A stretch of DNA of 64,000 bases from Nitrospirales bacterium (lineage in GTDB: Bacteria > Nitrospirota > Nitrospiria > Nitrospirales > UBA8639): contig CBDBCZ010000019.1 of assembly GCA_965203295.1 (NCBI GenBank), positions 1,216,001 through 1,280,000 on the forward strand, read 5' to 3'. Below are positions 62,589-64,000 of the stretch, one piece after another. Under the pieces are notes generated by a model that was given only the letters and a program-made list of their open reading frames with translations, searched no databases and had not been told where the DNA came from. How positions within the stretch are numbered: the stretch's first letter is position 1; every line of letters begins with the position of its first letter. The translations under genes were made by a program, and so were the position numbers.

Positions 62589-63296
62589 ATGTTGATCCTG
62601 GCTGTTGAAACTGCGACGAGTCGGCAAAGTGTCGCTCTTGTTCAGGATTCCGAGGTTCTGGCCAAGCAGGAATGGTATTCTGTTGGATCTCATTCTCGAC
62701 AGTTAATTCCCACCATCGATGGGGTCTTGGCACCCTTAGGTTTTCATATTCAAGATCTAAACGGAATAGCCGTATCTATTGGACCTGGCTCCTTTACAGG
62801 GTTACGGGTAGGATTGGCGACTGTCGCGGGGTTTCGTCTCGTTTCTGATGTTCGGGTCGTGGCAGTGCCCACCTTGGAGGCCATGGCGTGGAATCTCTAT
62901 GGTGAAACAAAGCTTCTGTGCCCAATTCTGAGATCCAGAGTCGGGGAAGTCTATTGGGCCTTGTTTCAGTGGAAGAATAATCAGCTTGTCCGGATTTCAG
63001 AGGACCATGTTGGAGGATTCTCCACGTTGGCTGAATCCATTGATGAACCTGTTTTGGTCTATGGCGAAGGGTGGTTGGCCAATCGAGAGGCCTTACAGGT
63101 GGCATTGGAAAGTTATGCTTGTGAGCCTGATGGAATCGCGATGCAGGTATCAGCGGTGAGTGTCGCCAAGGCAGGGTTGCTCCTGTTGAAGGCAGGCCAA
63201 TACGCCGAGCTTGGCTTGACTCCCCGGTATGTTCAACGCTCTGAAGCCGAAATCGTCTTAGAGCGAAAGGCACGCCAATTGGCCGACATTTCTTGA
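62589..63296 (+). CDS. tsaB: tRNA threonylcarbamoyladenosine biosynthesis protein TsaB
   Basis: LILAVETAT, HSRQLIP, GPGSFTGLRVG, PRYVQRSEAE. Confidence 0.95.
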   Translation: MLILAVETATSRQSVALVQDSEVLAKQEWYSVGSHSRQLIPTIDGVLAPLGFHIQDLNGIAVSIGPGSFTGLRVGLATVAGFRLVSDVRVVAVPTLEAMAWNLYGETKLLCPILRSRVGEVYWALFQWKNNQLVRISEDHVGGFSTLAESIDEPVLVYGEGWLANREALQVALESYACEPDGIAMQVSAVSVAKAGLLLLKAGQYAELGLTPRYVQRSEAEIVLERKARQLADIS

Positions 63297-63297
63297 T

Positions 63298-63858
63298 ATG
63301 TCCAGACAAACACTCGAAACAGATATCGTGATTCAACGAGCGGCTATGCACGATGTCGATGCATTGATGGCACTTGAACGGAAATCGTTTACCGTTCCAT
63401 GGTCTCGAAAGATGTTTGAAGTAGAAATCACGAGTAACCAATTTGGCCATTTGTATCTTGCTCGTTCAAGCTCAAAAGACGGATTGGGAGACCACATTTT
63501 AGGATATGTGTGTTTTTGGTGTGTGTTTGAAGAGTTACGATTTTTAAATTTGGCGGTGGCTCCCTTTGCCCGAAAACGGGGTATTGGTCAAGGACTTGTC
63601 TCCTTTGCGTTGGCTTACGGGAAACGGTTAGGAATGGACAAAGCTCTCTTAGAGGTCCGAGCCTCAAATGATCCCGCCCAAAAATTATATAGCCACTTTG
63701 GTTTTCTCGAATATGGGCAAAGGAAAGCCTACTATACCAACCCCAAAGAGGATGCTATTCTTATGAAACTGGAATCTATTCCGGAAGACTTTGTGAGGAA
63801 ATTCTCCTCTTGCAATGAAGAGTCAGTTGTGATGGTCATGGATCAACCTAAAGGATAA
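63298..63858 (+). CDS. rimI: ribosomal protein S18 alanine N-acetyltransferase
   Basis: SFTVPWS, NLAV, RKRGIG, LEVRASN..AQKLY, RKAYY...EDAILM; follows tsaB. Confidence 0.93.
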   Translation: MSRQTLETDIVIQRAAMHDVDALMALERKSFTVPWSRKMFEVEITSNQFGHLYLARSSSKDGLGDHILGYVCFWCVFEELRFLNLAVAPFARKRGIGQGLVSFALAYGKRLGMDKALLEVRASNDPAQKLYSHFGFLEYGQRKAYYTNPKEDAILMKLESIPEDFVRKFSSCNEESVVMVMDQPKG

Positions 63859-63894
63859 ACACCTTAAAACACCTTTAAGAAAAGGAGGATGTTT

Positions 63895-64000
63895 ATGCAC
63901 ACGGATGAAAAAATCGCTGAACAGCTCCGAACCTCCAATGCCGATTTTCGGGATTTGGAGGAGGCCCATCGTCGATTGGATATGGAATTGGAGGAACTCC
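63895..64000 (+). CDS. DUF465/YdcH-like small coiled-coil protein (partial, runs off the window)
   Basis: AGGAGG RBS; MHTDEKIAEQLRTSNADFRDLEEAHRRLDMELEEL. Confidence 0.6.
   Translation, partial: MHTDEKIAEQLRTSNADFRDLEEAHRRLDMELEEL

Noticed and set aside
59408..63450. Long antisense ORFs (59408-60007, 62794-63450; likewise 10070-10651 and 34188-34676)
   Set aside because: Shadow frames overlapping well-supported genes, with no motifs
1..64000. CRISPR array, prophage, defence island or transposase gene
   Set aside because: No regularly spaced repeats and no recognisable Cas, phage, integrase, restriction-modification or transposase ORF

Overview
A 64-kb chromosomal segment from a bacterium of roughly 48-50% GC (visual estimate). 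Gene content suggests Nitrospirota (Nitrospirales), possibly marine; this assignment is inference. In order it carries: an LPS/surface-polysaccharide locus with tRNA-Ser(GCT); dsbA, a cupin, nirK, a Crp/Fnr regulator and transketolase; a GldAFG-like ABC system facing a long-linker Pal-like lipoprotein; an osmolyte/storage-carbohydrate cluster (ggs-like, CmpX-like, gpgS, treY, glgC, glgB, treZ, glgX); and housekeeping genes (purH, purD, tsaC, ltaE, comM, trxA, recN, radA, tsaB, rimI). No CRISPR, prophage, integrase or transposase is visible. The strongest signal is selective gene decay. At least eight accessory genes are broken: rfbA, rfbB, a pentapeptide-repeat gene, crp/fnr, glgB, glgX, an RmlD-like reductase and a cyclophilin-like gene. 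Every recognisable core gene keeps an open frame. Other highlights are an FNR-like box in class II geometry upstream of an intact nirK whose adjacent regulator is frameshifted, two apparent glucosylglycerate routes side by side, and a non-coding IS200/IS605-like hairpin element. All family calls come from motif recognition by eye, not database searches.
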